Position numbers and translations under genes: made by a program. From Catajapyx aquilonaris (taxonomy: Eukaryota), in NCBI GenBank assembly GCA_000934665.2, contig JYFJ02000723.1:1-64000 (forward strand): a DNA stretch of 64,000 nt, read 5' to 3'. Under the pieces are notes generated by a model. It saw only the letters and a program-made list of their open reading frames with translations, did not search any database and had not been told where the DNA came from. The first letter of the stretch is position 1. Each line of letters starts with the position of its first letter. Below, one piece after another: positions 1 through 15,389 of the stretch.

Positions 1-318
1 TTTTTTTGCAGAACGGTGTAATTTTTGAACCTGGGGTTTTGGTCAATATCTCGTCAACGGTGCAAGATATCGCAAAAATAACGACATTTCACCCCCAGAG
101 GGCCACAACTTTTCACGTTTAGGCCGGGTAAGTGTACTCGCACACCAAAAAACGAAAACCCGTAAGTTGCGTCACAAACGCCCCTGGCGCGGCGGGACCG
201 TAGGATATTTACCCACATGACTCAAATTTTTTACCTGTCAAAAGGATCACCCAACGCAACTTTTTTTCACTAGCGAACTACAACTTTCGAAAAAAAAAGT
301 GTTTTTCGAGCCGCCCTA
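1..318. mobile_element. Probable end of a non-autonomous DNA transposon (truncated by window)
   Basis: CpG-containing non-coding block ending TTTTTCGAGCCGCCCTAA, resembling a MITE terminus. The partner TIR is not in the window. Confidence 0.3.
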
Positions 319-662
319 ACCCACAGCCTTATCTAAATGCGACCCTCTCCTGACAATATTACGGTCACGTAGTATGTTATGCACTTGACACAAGGTACTG
401 TGGATATCATGAGAAAAGTATATGACAACCCCTCAACTTTCCGAGCTTCATAGAGTCCTCAGTTACAGTGTCAGGACTCATTTGTCAGAAGTGATGTTAT
501 TCAGATAACACGGTGAGAATAGGATCTGCCTCCTTTTAACAGAATACGAAGAGCATCATTCTCAGTCCTTTAGTTGGTTAAATTATCACCTAACAGCAAA
601 TAAGCATTGTCTTAAGGCAGATGAGTAGATGCCTCAGTGGTAATTGTTTTATCCAATTGCAG

Positions 663-1137
663 ATGGGTGCCAGCTCTTTGCGTGATGGTCCTCATGGCTT
701 TTTTCACGATAGGGTTTGGCACGGTGCCTTGGATGCTGATTGGAGAGCTGTTCCCTTTGCGAGTGAGGGGAGTCCTCGCTTCTGTTGCAACCAGCATTGG
801 ATTCGGCTTGATCTTCCTGGCAGTCAAGCTCTTCCCGTGGTTCCTGCACGCTCTGGACATATACGGAGCGTACTATTTCTTCGCGACGATATCACTCATA
901 GGAGTCATCTTCGCCCTCCTGGCTGTACCGGAGACCAAAGGACGGACGTTGCAGGAAATTGAGGATTACTTTTCAGGCAATCGCCGTTCTACCAGATCAA
1001 CTGCCAACCATAGTCCAGTGTCCAATCATCAAGTGGAACCTGCCCCAGTGACACAGCCTAGTCCCTCACCAATCACGCCAGCTGTACCCGTTTCCAATGC
1101 CCTCACTCCGACCGCTCCACTCAATACTCCGGTATAG
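663..1137 (+). CDS. Tret1-like sugar transporter paralogue A, last coding exon (5' part outside window)
   Basis: Acceptor TTGCAG at 662. Translation contains GFGTVPWMLIGELFP..RG and the C-terminal sugar-porter motif VPETKGRTLQEIE. Stop TAG at 1135-1137. Confidence 0.9.
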
Positions 1138-4100
1138 CGCTGTCCTGTTTCTCTTCTGAAGGAAAACTCATATTTGCTGGAAATGTGCTATTTTAAAAGC
1201 CTCGTGTTTATATTATTGCTAACTCCAACTATGCGCAAGGTCTCTACTCCAAGATTTCGGATTAAGTCCTGGGACAAAAGATACTCCAGAACCATCCTAT
1301 AGTTGGAAATAAACATTACAACTGGCTAATGGATTCTAGGGGTAACTTTAGCCCAGACTTTCGCAAACATCTTGAATTCACGCCTCATTTTAATGCAGCG
1401 GTTTTTAAATATGTAAAATCTCACTCTGATAGAACGGAAATAAGTGTTATCTCTATGCCATTATGATTCATGAGGATGTAACTAGTTAATGTACGATATT
1501 AAAAAAGTTACCAAGTTATCTTCCCTCCCACACAAAGGGAATATTGCGCATAAAATACATAGCCCAATCCCATACGAAGAGGAATTATCCAACAGCCAGG
1601 CTCGTGCGAAGGTGACTTCATTAGCCATTAGCATGGCACCTATAGAACCCCTTTAATGCTTTAATAAATAGTGTCCGGATGTAGGTGACAACTACATTAT
1701 TTGCTAAAGCACATGCAGTGTCCAAAATTTTCACCTACTAATGTAAGAACTGGCAGTAACAAAACAGCCATTACAGTCATGCACAGTGCTTGCAGAAAGT
1801 CAACTGTGTTGATTAAATGAATTATCTAGTAAAGAAAGATATAGAGAAAAAGCTTTCGATAAAGAAGGCTTCGAGTGTTTTTAAATCCAATCCACTGTAT
1901 GCTGATTTCGAGTCAGTAAATCGTCAGACATCTCTGTTTGCGTATGTGTGTCTCAGTCTTTCATTATTCTCCTTTCTCCCTCCTAGAACTGACATAATGT
2001 ATCTCAAACGTAGCAATACGTTTTTCCATATTGTTAAGATACCTTCGTACAGGCATTTTGGCGATTTAGAATATTTTCTGAACATGTGTACTGCTGAATT
2101 ATTAACAGCACTGAACTAAACACGACAAGGGCTTATTTATGCATTTCTATGGGACAACAAACATTCATTCCTTTACTTTTTTTTAAACGTAGGCTTGTAC
2201 GCATTGGCTTATTTGTCACGGAAATGCTCCCCCATTAGCTGACGACTAAATTTTACGCACGCCCCTACGTGCAGAAAAAATAGTACTTATGCATACATGA
2301 TTTACACACACAAAAACACACAGCACTGCTGCACTGTCGCGAGTGTTTCAATTACTCATACTTGCACTTCACAGTCCTCTAATCCAAATAATTATCTTCC
2401 TAGGACATTTACCCATTTACTCTTGCAATTATTGCTAAGTTATATGCATTCACTGGGAAACTTCCTGGAGTGCATCACATCCCTCAAATTAAAATCTTCA
2501 GACTTGTTAGTTGTTATGCAATAAATATCTTGCATGATGAGAAAAATGTATGCGCCTTATTTTCGTGCAGAGGGTATAACATGTAAATTGGCACCTGTGT
2601 AACTCGCAGTTACAAGCGCAACATATCAAAATTACTGCTTACATAACAATTATTCAAGTGAAAAATGCTCGTGCAAATGCAGGAAAAATATTAAAGGCTG
2701 GTGCACACATGCCTTTCAATGTGACCCCGACAGTAGAGAGTAACGCGGACGACGTTGGATTAACTATGAATCGGCATAGAATGGAAATTCTCTATTGACT
2801 TTCAGATGAGTATGGTAATCGTCAGAGGTACAGTGTGCAATGTCATTCACTCTGCCTCGCTTCAAATGACATATTTAATGAGCTTTTCTTATTATTCAAT
2901 ACACAATGGAGAGAGAATATATGTAATCCTTCATTTATATTTTTAACAAACGCCACATGATACAGTACTTGAAATGTTACTTCTGAATTAGTCAGAAGTC
3001 GTAACTAACATCGAAATGTCTTAAAATTCACTTTGGTAGAGTGCTAATGGCAAGTCATGCAGGATTGGTTTTTCTTACACTGCATAGAACCAGTAAATTA
3101 TTCATTTGACATACTCTGTAACACATTTTTAGCATACTGTACTACGTATAATAACTAGCCATAGAAAAATCATAATTATCATGCTAAATATTTGCATCCA
3201 ACCATATGAGAAATGAGTGAGAATAATAATTATAAGTTACTCAAACCTACATTCCAGTAGCTGACCAGTAGCCTACTCTCTATCATCGGCTATTCCCTAT
3301 GCCATCAAAGTCCTTTTGCTCCTTTTCTGGTATAATAAGTAAAAGATGTACATAAAAATTATCATGCAGTCCCAGTCGCGTCTTTCCTCCTCTTCAAGGT
3401 TAAAATTTGATTCCATGGTATTTGGAGGATGATATTACATCGCATTGCTGATGAGTCAGATGGTAGTCGCGTGTATGCCATACAACTTATTTGCAGTTAC
3501 CAGGCGCCTCTTCGTGCTGTACTTCTATTCAGTATACAGGCTTTTAATATTGAAAACATGAAAATTCAGTAACATGTTCGTCAAAATTTGTTTCAGCAAT
3601 GCAATGTTTCAATTAATGTTTAGAATAGTACAAGTTTATAATAGACATGCATGCACACATTGCAACTGAACTCTTGTACAGTATCATCAGAGTTGCTCTC
3701 AGTCATATGAACTGAAGATTAATCAGCCAAAGACAAGGCAGCCCGTTATCTGCAAGACATGGTATAGTTGTGGTGAGGGAGTCCACACCTTCGGTTTGTC
3801 TGGCTCGTACTTGGCAGGTACACTAAGACACAGGAATACCGACTTGAAGAGCTACAAGGGTTGGTAACTTATATCAAAATGTAGGTCAGAGACCCATAAC
3901 CCATAAGCAAAAGCAGTATAAACTGACTCTTCTCCGCCTATTACCCAGAGAGGTCCGCTTCTTGGAACTACAGACGTCAGAAAGATAAATATGTGACAAG
4001 CTTGAGAAAGTTGCCCAGTACAAATTGCACATTGAAGAAGACAGGCTTAATGGTAGGTCTTGCAATTGGCGCAACGATGAGAAAACTTTTACGTCAATGC

Positions 4101-7100
4101 GAGAATGACTTTTATTATGACGGCTGCAAATTAGACATGTATACTTACGAGCAAAATATGTGAAAGAACTCCACAAACCCTTATTTTAAATCTCCTTATT
4201 CTAGTTTGGAAAAGATTTCTCTGATCAGTAAGAGTACCGGTACTGTTAAAACGCACATAGTCAGTCCTCACTTTCGAAATCTCGTACTGTACCTCGTTCC
4301 TATAGCTACAGCGCATAGCAGAGATAATGTCGGTATATCTACGAGGGGGGTGGGGAGGGGGTGTTTTTAAACTCATCACTGAGCACTTGAAACTTGCAGA
4401 ACTATTGCTTATTAAAGATGTGAAGTATGTAAGTATAAATACGCATAAAATAATTATTGATATTGTCAGGGTTCATCACTGCCACTTATCTCACTGATAC
4501 CAGTTATAACTTAGCTGATATCTTTTACAAGTAAATAAGATTTGGAATTGTTTTCTTTTCGGGGTGAACATCTCAACTCTGTGTGATTTACTAGAAAAAT
4601 TATCAGAGGTGGGTCAAAATAATGAGTCAACCAAATGTTACACAGTTGGTTGGCAAGACCTTTTTAATTTGTACTTCGCGTCTATCTCGGTTATGGGGAC
4701 CATAAATACTGAAACAATTAACAGTACCAATGCATATATCGCTGTTATCATGTTTGCATGTGTCCAGATGTAAAGAGCACGTCTAATACCGTCCGAAGTC
4801 CACGCACTGATAGAGTTATATCACACTTAATTATTTGCATAATTTGTTTCAGATATAATTTCTCTGCTACGATGCCAAATGCCTATACGACAGATATATT
4901 AAAGAATTCGTTTGGTTTTTAAGTCGTCTTCAGAAACTTTTCTCCAAATTGGAATAACGTATCTTTTCGGGACTTATTTGAAAATAATGCAATGCCACAT
5001 CTTATTGTAATATACGGGCATAATACTGTATCTGTATGCCATCAATTTCTAATTATACAGTAGAGTTATATTGACTCATATATTATGTCGTCTTCTCATA
5101 TAAGTTGAGAGAAATATTATGCACCCTTTTGACGGCTGACAAATGAAACAAAAAATGCACATGCGCAATCATTCCCCTCCGACAGCACACGGTGACCTGA
5201 AAATAATGAATTTGCCCTATATGGTTTCCAAGTGCCTTCCTGTTATAGTCAACATCCAACAATGAAACACCTGTTCCACATATGTTCCAATAAAACCATT
5301 ATATCAATCTACGAATCACAGGACACAAGTGGTAGACTCATGCCGAGCCATTCCAACCAATCGATCCTGCGCAACATAGAGGTGCAACAAAGAGGAGGGT
5401 GGGGGGGGGGGTGTAGCGGGGGAAGTCGATGGGAGGGAAGGGTGATGGAATAAAAGGGAGTGTAGAAGAGGGGGGAGTAAGCAGTAATCATTCGGGCAGG
5501 CGCTTTTGGGTTTACAGGATTGGCTGTTGCTACGTCACACACACGTCACTTGGCTACGAGCTTCCGAGGGGATAACACCAGCTGGCCCTTTTTTGCATTT
5601 TCAGTGCAGCATACGACCGGTATCTGCCACCTTCACATCGATCCAGCCCCAGAGGTAGGTTACTGCACTGCGGGACTTGGCCTGTGCCAGGAACCCCCAT
5701 TCCTTCATAGTAGAGTATACCCCCCCTTTTTGGATATATGGCCTTTGCTTAACTGTTTCTCTCAAAAAGGTAAATAGACTGGGAAAGGACACTTATTATT
5801 TTCTCAGGAAAATCTAATCAGAGTCTTGTGCAGTGGTCTGTCCTTGCTTCAGATATTGCTCAAGGCAAAATAACAGCTGATTTATCTGAAAATTTCCTAT
5901 AGCTTGGTACACAGTAACCGTCTGACTGAAATATACTGGTTCGGAGGGTTGAGTAGTTTGGTATGTCATGGTTTTAGTAAGTGACACTTACAAGCACTTA
6001 AAATGTTTGCACAATAATTGCCCACGTATTTGAAGCGGTGACAATATTATCACCGATTATATTGCGCTTTAATTGAAGTAATATCATTCTGTAAGTGCCT
6101 CCTTAAACCTGACCTATATTAGATGAGAGTTTAGTGATAAGATGAACGGATAAAAAAATATCCAGTACTGAAGATACTGACGAGTGATCGGAGAAAGATT
6201 TATATTTTGATGAACATTTCAAGGACTTGCGCGGAGGTAAAGAAAAGCCTCGAACAAACAGCACTAACAGGCAAGGCACGTATAAGCACTACTACATAGA
6301 AACAGTGTTGTGTCCGCGAATATTTCACCACACAGGCATTAATCGCATCCCCTTGACCGAAGCCACTGGCGGCTAACCCTTATACCTGTTTACAACTGGA
6401 TCTGTAATTGGAGCAAGAGCACTCCCCCACTTTACATGCTTGCAAAAGACTTGACTCCTGATAACCTCTTTTTTTTTTGTCGGCCTCAGCAGACAGAGCG
6501 GCATCTGACGTAAAACATACGTCATTTACATCATGTACAAAATGTAATATTTCTTGGCGGCAAAACGAATTACACCGGTGTCATAAACCATGATAAGCAA
6601 CATTGCTGACACAGAATTTCATTCATGCGTGACAAATTTAAAACACGCGGAGAATTACCAGAGTCGGCAGCAAACACAATAGAACGATAAAAAGAGGAGA
6701 TAACATTCTATGGCAGTGTTTCCTGCTCCGCTGTTTTCAAGTCAAGATATTTCTGGTTCAAAACCCCAGAAGCAGAACGCTATGCTGCACCACCAGACGA
6801 GGCCCTGCAGTTCCCTTGGCGAAGCCTACCTACTTTCCGCTCGGTATTGACTTTGGGGTTTCCCACACTGTGCGAACCAGAACCTTCCAGAACCCTTAGA
6901 CGCGATAAACCATTTCAATGATTCATGCAACATTATCAGCACAATGCAGGAAACAACCTACCGAGCCCATTAGCAGCTGTCCTCAAGTTCAAAGTCATTG
7001 CAAATGAGGAGTGTACCTAGGGTGCTAAAACTTCCTTTTTCCCAGGGCGATATCCACGCTTTGCCAATTTAATCTTAGACAGTCCCCTTGGCAACAGAGG

Positions 7101-9110
7101 TCAAGTTCGTGGAATCATGCAAGCTGGACCGAGTCACTTGTTCTCTGTGCAGTCATTCATGACGTCATGTAATAGCCGTCCCGCGAATTGCATCATTCGG
7201 TCGGATAGCCTGTACTCCAGGGGGCGTTGTCTTGTCCACCCCACCCCCCCTCCGGGCCGGTCATAGTTACGTATACGACCTTCACCTTATTCTCAGTGAC
7301 ACACTCGTGGGTGCCAGTCTTTGCACGTTCCATCGCTATTGCGGTGTGCACAACCTTTGAAATGCCCTTCACGCCTCATTTTGCTCAGAATTTTTGTTCG
7401 CAGACATCTTACAAAACTGTTATCGTGCAGTAGCTACATCTTGACAGGCCGTATACAACTGCGATTACGCGGTTATTCGCATATCTCTAATCGGTTATCT
7501 GTTATCAGCAGGAAGAGTGATTTCAATAACAATACGAAATGTATCCATTTATTCTACCAAAAGTCAATAATAATAATAGGTACTGGTGGTTGTACCACAC
7601 GTACAACTATACGTAATAAACACTTGAAATGACCGCACTGAAATATTTTATCGGCTATATTTTAATCTACTGGCACTCCACATTTTGCGATAGTGACTTT
7701 CTGATTATCATTGATGCGTATTATACTGCAAGCTTCATGCCAAGATGTTTTAAAATCTGTCAGGCAATCCAATCATGTATTGACATTGGCCCGGACTGCG
7801 CATAACTTACTCGCTTAAAATAACTAGGCAACAAAAAAATACTCATTTATGCGGTGGCTACAGCCCAGCTAACGGAGTTGACTGACCCCATAACAACCGA
7901 CGGCCTGTGCAAAGGCAACGAAGATTTACCCACATTTTGAGAGTTCACCTGGTCCAGAAATCCATATTTCACGCTAAGAGTTCCCACTTTTTACACAGGT
8001 GGTGCTGCAGCCAATGTTAGAACTAGTGCCTGGTATCACCACTAAAAATATTACCCAAAAAATCCGAAACAGTAAGACAATCAATATGAAGGTCGGAAAT
8101 CGTCTGTTAGTAGTTATATATACCATGGCATAAGAAAATGCAGCAGGTGCATCGCATCCTTTTGGGAACTCTTGGTCCCTTCCAAATATTTTCCTATTTT
8201 ATTGTACTATACCTACAGTGTAGTTACATCCTTCTCCAGCTGGGTGAAACGCACTTTGTTCTACATCTATTTTTGTTGCTCCTTCCGAAGAGACGCGGCG
8301 TATACATTTTAACGAGGCCAGTATCCTTTCGACCTTCAAATACACAGTCTGTGAAATATTTGTGGATACGGACCAATAACAAGACTCTTTTATAACCAGA
8401 CAATTTCCTTAAAATTTTGCTTAAAATCTACAGCTCCTCCACTTGCAGAAAGATATGGAATAAGTCCAGAGAAGTCGAGTGGATAAGACACATATTGCAG
8501 TATGATAATACAGTGTCTGTACGTCAAAATAAATCAGAAAGTAGTTATGAACCAATATTACAAAGCGGATAAATTGAAGCACTTCATAAAATTACACGTC
8601 AGAAATTACGTCGACCCAGGTGGTATTAACCCCTAAGACATAAATTCAGCTATCTGTACGGGATGGTAAAAAAGAAAAGGGATGCAATTTTGGAGAGACA
8701 GGAGGAGGGAGGGGAGTGAAATTGGAATTGTGTAAATGTAAATGTATATGTATAATATGTAAACGTGTGAAGAAAGAGGTGAGTCGGCCAAGCGGCATGT
8801 GCTGCAGGCCGACAACGTATAAATAAAGCAAAACAAACAACATAAATTCAGCTTGCCTGCTTTTACACTGAAAGAAATCAAATTAATAAGCCATTGCTTG
8901 ATAACGATTTCTAGATTTTTCCTATTTTACGTCACATGATAAAATTGCTTTGCACTGACAAAAGGGCAGTATTTAATGTGAGTTGTGAGTAACTCCATCC
9001 ACATATCCTACTGAGAGGTCTTTGTTCAATAGCATTCATATTATTTTTATGACGTCACTTGGAAGTCAGCGATTGTAATGCACTACTGTAATGTACCTTT
9101 GACAGTAACA

Positions 9111-12100
9111 ATGACGGTGGGAGACGTGCTCAAAAGCGACGTGGAAAATGGGACCTCAGCGCCTTTCCTGTCGCCACCTCAAGTGGACATTATACAAGAG
9201 AAGAAGGGAAAGGCCCCAAAGAGCTGGAGACATATGTGGACTCAAGTAAGTTCAAGTCTTCACCATCACTAGAAAATGTGAACATTGTGTGTTCACGTGT
9301 TAGAGAAAACGTGAAAGCATATGCCCATGGGCTATCGTTTTTTTGTGTGTGGCTACACCCCGCCTATCAGATAACATGATGTGCACGACCTCCGAAACTG
9401 GCTACTTCCAGTTTTAGTGCATGTCTTGAATCGAGTAAGAGTGAAAATAAACACTGCATGGGAAAGGTGCAAGGCAATAATAGCTTGTATTTTTAATCGG
9501 CATAATTTCAAGCTCACGCATAAGTAGACTGCCTTCTGTAGCAGCAACACGACTTTAAAATTTTGATCAGCACTGTTTTCAAAAGCTGATTTTTAAAACT
9601 TCTTTTTACTCCTATCACAGATATGCGCAATTCTATCGACTGACATGGCAGCAATGTCTATAGGTTTGTGCTTGGGTTTCTCCGGAATACTTCTACCTAA
9701 ACTTGAAGCCGATCCGGATGTCAGTCCAACCAACAAGGATGAAACTGGATGGATAGGTATGTTCCACTTCTTGTTTACATTTAAAAAATTGGCAATCCTT
9801 CAAAATGAAAAGGCTAATATCCCTTTCTTGGTAACACTGTCCTGCACTTGAACTTGTATAGTATATTAAACTGTGATAAAGATCTGCATTGCAAAAATAA
9901 ACTACGACGCATTGCGTCTAACATGCCCTCGCAGATCCTGACACTTACACTATTAGACAAGCAGGCAAGTAAAGTTGGTTGCATAAGAGCCAGGATGAGA
10001 AACGAGTTACCTCGCGCATTCTGTGTACTTGGAATTCGGGCAGTTTCTCAACGCAATTGTTACACGACCAAAGTGCGAAGTACTTCAGTGCTAATTATAT
10101 GTTTGGTATGATTACCCTTCCAGCAAGCATGGCCGCCTTGAGCTCCCCATTCGGATGCTTAATGGGTGTGCCAGCAACAGAAAAATTAGGTAGAAGAAGA
10201 ACCCTTCTGGTGGTGGCCATTCCCTTCCTTATAGGGTGGATCATGATAGCAGCAGCGCCAAATTTGGCCACACTCTTATCAGGAAGGTTTATTACCGGGC
10301 TGGGAATCGGCCTGTCAACGGCAGCTATGCAGGTTAGTTTTCGCAATTTCGGTCACTCTTAACTGCTCATTACATTGTTCTATGTATTCCCCCCTCCTTT
10401 AACTCTTATTTGTTGCAGTAATTACATTGTACTCTACTAACTTTGACAGTGAAATTAACTTTCAATGCACTCGCACTGTTGTTACATCACTTTCAATTGG
10501 GAAACGCTGTCGAGTAGACGTAATATATTGCTGAAAAACACTACAAGATAGTGTTGATTTCGGTTACGCGTTCCCATGAATCATTGCTTGATTAATAAAC
10601 TAACAGTAAATTAACACAGTAGTTCGAGAAGATGCTGATTAACATTGCGAGCATGGATCAAGGATAAAGCTTGCTTTCGGTTCCTGTTTTCTCACTGGCA
10701 GGGGTATAGTGCACTGTATAACTCGCGTGTCGTGTTTGATAATTCGAACTTATCTCCGTAGATTTCCTGGACCGACAATCCGTGAGCGGTAGGTGTCATT
10801 AAATAGGTAACATATCATTGCAAGGACTGTCAATGATATTAATGCATTACTCTTGAGTTGCGGGTTTCGCTTAGTGCATGCTGGGGAGACGCACAGCAAG
10901 GTTGCTTTGTTGACCACTAAACTTTCGGCAGATATACCTGAGCGAGATTGTGGAGGTGCGACGACGAGGCATGGTCGGAGCCACTCCGACCCTGATGCTG
11001 TCCCTGGGTACACTCCTCATCTACACCCTCGGAACAGTCCTTCCCTGGCGGGTCGTGTCTTGGGTCGCAGCCACCGTGCCAATGTTCCTCATCGTCGGCA
11101 TGTACTTCATGCCCGAGTCTCCCTCGTGGCTGCTGGTCAAGGGACGCTACAAGGAAGCCGAGCTCGCCCTCAAGAGGGTCAGGCCGAACGGACACGACGT
11201 CACGGCCGAGCTGCAGGCCATCGGCGCCCGGTCCTCGTCCAACACGACTGAGACCATCACTTGGAGGGAGAAGCTGCGAGACTTCAAGTCCCCTGAAGTC
11301 TGGAAACCGTCCGTCATCATGGCTGTGATTTTCTTCACCCAGCAGTTTTGCGGAGGTCTCGTCATGCTCTTCTACTCCGCCAATATCTTCCAGGTAACCT
11401 TATAGCAGAGACTATGCAGGGTGTTTCATAATTATTCAGACAATCCTAGTGTCAACTTCTGGACAACCTGTGACTGTTATAAATTCTATACAGATTTTAC
11501 TGTTTTCCAGAGCATGCCTGGAGGCCCAGACAAGTATCAAGCCACCATCCTGGCTGGTGGAGCCCGTTTTGTGTTCACCCTGGCCGCAACCTTCCTTCTG
11601 AGAAAGGTGGGTGTGCGACCTCTCCTGCTGATCTCAGGTGTGGGAATGGCCGCTTCCATGATCACCACCGGCACGTACAGCTTCTTGGACGAAGCCAGCC
11701 AGCAGACCTTGCCAGCGAGGTGGGTCCCTGCTGTGGGAATCCTATCATTCGTGGTCTTCTTCACGCCTGGCTTCGGCACAGTGTCGTGGGTCCTACTCGG
11801 GGAGCTGTTTCCCCTCAGACTGCGTGGCACCCTCAGCTGCCTCCTGTCCTTCACATGCCACGTATTCGTCTTCCTGGCGGTCAAGACTTTCCCCATGCTC
11901 ACAGAAGGCCTTGGTAACAGCGGGGTCTTCTGGTTCTACGGAGCTGTTTCCGTAGTTGGTACCATCTTCGTGTTCTTTTCCCTTCCCGAGACCAGGGGCA
12001 TCTCCCTGGCCACCATCGAGGACCACTTCCGCACCAAAGGCTTTTGGCGACTTCCTCGATGCATGGGAGGCGGCGAGCATTTCATGAAGGACAATCTGGT

Positions 12101-12134
12101 AGTGTCCCTCCAGTCTGCCAATCCCAAGATTTAA
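9111..12134 (+). CDS. Tret1-like sugar transporter paralogue B
   Basis: Exons 9111-9245, 9621-9756, 10124-10332, 10932-11393, 11511-12134, all with GT-AG introns and consistent phases. Motifs: EKLGRRRTL, GRFITG, PESPSWL, QQFCG, GELFP, PETRG. Confidence 0.93.
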
Positions 12135-13370
12135 TTCAGCCCGACTCCTGCGCGAATATGTTGGAATGCGTGTTGATTCCCAAGTGCCTCAGTGTGAAGC
12201 AGGGACATATTGACCGTGTCTCATGTGCTCTGCCACAATCTCCTTACCCAGATTTGCTGATTCGTTACGTATGATTGTTCATTTATCACTTGCAATCATG
12301 GCAGCCAGCCACTCAGTTACACTCATATTACTCACATAGATAATTTTGTAACTTAATAGGTTATGATGTTATGTTATTGTAATTAAACAGGCCAGTTTCA
12401 AGCATTCCCCATACTGAAATGGACATTGAGACGTTAATGGCACAAAGGACTGCTAAATATTCCTAGACAACTATAGGGCATAAGCTAATTTTCTTATGTT
12501 ACTATAAATTCATATGTGGTAGAATATTTTGTAATTGTTAAACTATTTATGCACCAATGTCTTTTGTTTCACTGTAATAATGTGAGGATACAAGTCTATG
12601 CAAGTGATAAATCGTCCACCTAGGGAGGATATCACAAAATATCCACCTTCAACCTCGCCAAGAAATACCGGTAGAGAAGTATTAGCATAACTTAACTTGA
12701 AGTAATGGTTGCAAGTATGTTTCAAAGAAAACATCGAATGCGATATGTTACAAGTCACTCATTCAAGCCATTTTTAAATGACACTGACGCGCAATATACA
12801 AGTCGTTTATTTTTATAAAGGAGTGTTGACTATGTGTCGTGTGAAATGTTTATGTTACCTTGATATTTACGTGTGGCAAAAATTTAAGTATTACATATGT
12901 TCTTCCATGCCAATGTTTGAGATTATACAGGTTTAGGAGGTCTACGTAAATGTATGAAGAAAATGTCAGATAATGTGATTAGTGTCCAACCTTCCAAAAT
13001 AGTTCATAATTAAAATGAAACCTCTTGTACACCTCCGTTACACTGATGATGATGTGTCAATTGTCATCAAAATTGGGATATCTTTGGGCCGCACAAGTGA
13101 TTAGTTTTAATACTCGTCCTAATATGCAATACACGGTTATTGTGATAGCCCGATTTTTAAAAAGCAGCTGAGGAGGAGACAGTGTTATCATGATTACCTA
13201 AGATCCCTCATACGAATTGTACATTCAGTTGCATAATCGCTTTGCAGTATTATGAGTTGCTCAGTAAAAGGATAACAAGATCGAGTGCATTCCTTCCAAT
13301 GGAGGAAAGTAACATCTACCTAGTACCTGAAAACTCAACGGACTTACTGAGTAAATAATTGCCATTATAT

Positions 13371-13371
<1 letters not shown>

Positions 13372-13427
<56 letters not shown>
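13372..13427. repeat. (TAT)n microsatellite
   Basis: About 18 perfect units. Confidence 0.95.
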
Positions 13428-13428
<1 letters not shown>

Positions 13429-15389
13429 GATGACCTTCAGAAAATAAAAATATTTAAAAATATTCAGAATGATTTTTGCACGCAACTTCCCCACTTTCGT
13501 ATATAGTGAAGCATCAGTCAAAACATGCAATACAGCCGCAAGGGTTTCTGAGGTGTGGGAGTTAGGTCCTATATGACCAACCAAGTCATACGGGTGCGAT
13601 GACCGCTCCCTCCGATATGGTCCTGGATTTATCTTATTTCCGCCAAGGCAAGGCCTTAGACCCCACTTCTCTACCTACAGTGAAGATTCCAGGCACTAAA
13701 CGTACGTACGCACGGTAATGCTATCAGTTTGCTTTTGCTGTTACAATCAAAGTAACTTCCAGAAACTAAATTGTGATTACAATATATCTGTTGGTATCAA
13801 AGTTATGATGACGTATAGGCATGGTGCACTTACATCCGGAATATAAAATGAGGGGGGGGGNGGGCGTGACAACCCTCATTGTAGTGTAACTTTTCAGGAG
13901 AGCACTCTCTTCACAAATCACAGGGCATGTGGGTTGTGATCTAGACCACGTTGCCATCTCGTTCATGATACGTGAACTTGGAGTACTCCCATTGTTGAGT
14001 GAGGACATCTCCATGGTAATTTTAAACGTAATTGGGGGGTTGTGTGTTCGCAACATTACTGTCCGCCTTGTGGCGGCGTGGATGTAGGTGTTGCGTTTGT
14101 TGCGCGATGTGTCTGTGGCAAAGTAACAATAACGTTCGTTGGCCTGCAGCGCCACAAGATGTGGCGGATTCAAAACTGACCATAAGCGCCTAGCTCTGCT
14201 ATCGCTTCTCAATTAACTAAAAAAATATCCTGCAGGGCGACGTACCGTGCCTGGAAGGGCCACAAGGCGGCCAGTACTGGTGCGGTCACTCCAACCCCTC
14301 CCAGATAACACCAACACAATAAGCGGTGGAATATATTGCCTTGAGTAGCTAATCAACAAGAATAGGATGCCTTTTGGTTTTACGGCAACACTGTTGTAGG
14401 CGGGCAAGAGGCCTCAAGCAGATCCAGATTATGTACAGTACACCTATCCCTCGGCCATGAATGCTCCTGAATGATGTTAAATTATAAACACCTACTATAC
14501 ACTCGTTCTACAGTATAACCAACTAAGAACAACACTGTTTATTTACTTTATTATCATCATTCAGCATCCCTCAGAACACATTTCCATGGAGCTGCCCTCA
14601 CTCAACAATGGGAGTAAACTGTTTCAACAAAGGAACACTTGTTTATTTTCATCTATTGATTGCTAATTACGTGCAATTTCAAAATTCAATCACTCTTGAG
14701 CGAAACGTTTCTCCGCCCTATAGGAATATAGTGGCATTCGACTCAGCTCGTCGAGGAGATTCGGGAAATATATACTAGAAACCTGCATTATTTTGTCGGG
14801 GCTATAAAGTGCACCGAAGCTGTCTTTTACATACAGTAGTTGCTATGTGTGTTCAGGTCAAAAATGACAAAAAGCAGGGTTATCACGTTTTCGCCCCCAC
14901 CCCCCTCAAATCTACAAAACATGACATTTTAAAGCTCCCGCGGCTTCACCCACGAAGTTACGGCACGAAGTTGATATCGGGCCACGTGATTTAGTAATGT
15001 CTGTCAGTCTGCCTGATAATAATTCTTTTTTACTGCACGTGCCTGTACGCTTACGTAGCGACGATGACAACTATAAAATGTTATCTCACGTAGTCGCACA
15101 TACACTGTAGTATGTGCACATAATGTACTTGACACAACAGGTGGTATCTCGGTGTTCAAGTTCATGAAGTCACGCTTTGCAAAACCACACATCAGTTGCC
15201 CGCACTGCAATGTTGAGAAACCTTGTACTCGACCAGCACAACTTTCTATTTACAACCCCTACCGTGACCTGGTGAAGTATGTCCAAATACGTATCTCCGG
15301 ACTTTGAGCTTCCAAGTGCAGTATATCGCCAGAGAAACTGATGCGAATGGAGGGAAAAAAGCAGGCTTTCTGAAAGCAAATTGGCCAAG

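Noticed and set aside
15279..15389. In-frame upstream ATG and TGA before paralogue C, suggesting a pseudogene or readthrough
   Set aside because: The downstream ATG at 15390 gives a complete transporter, the stop context is not leaky, and the 5' structure is unknown.
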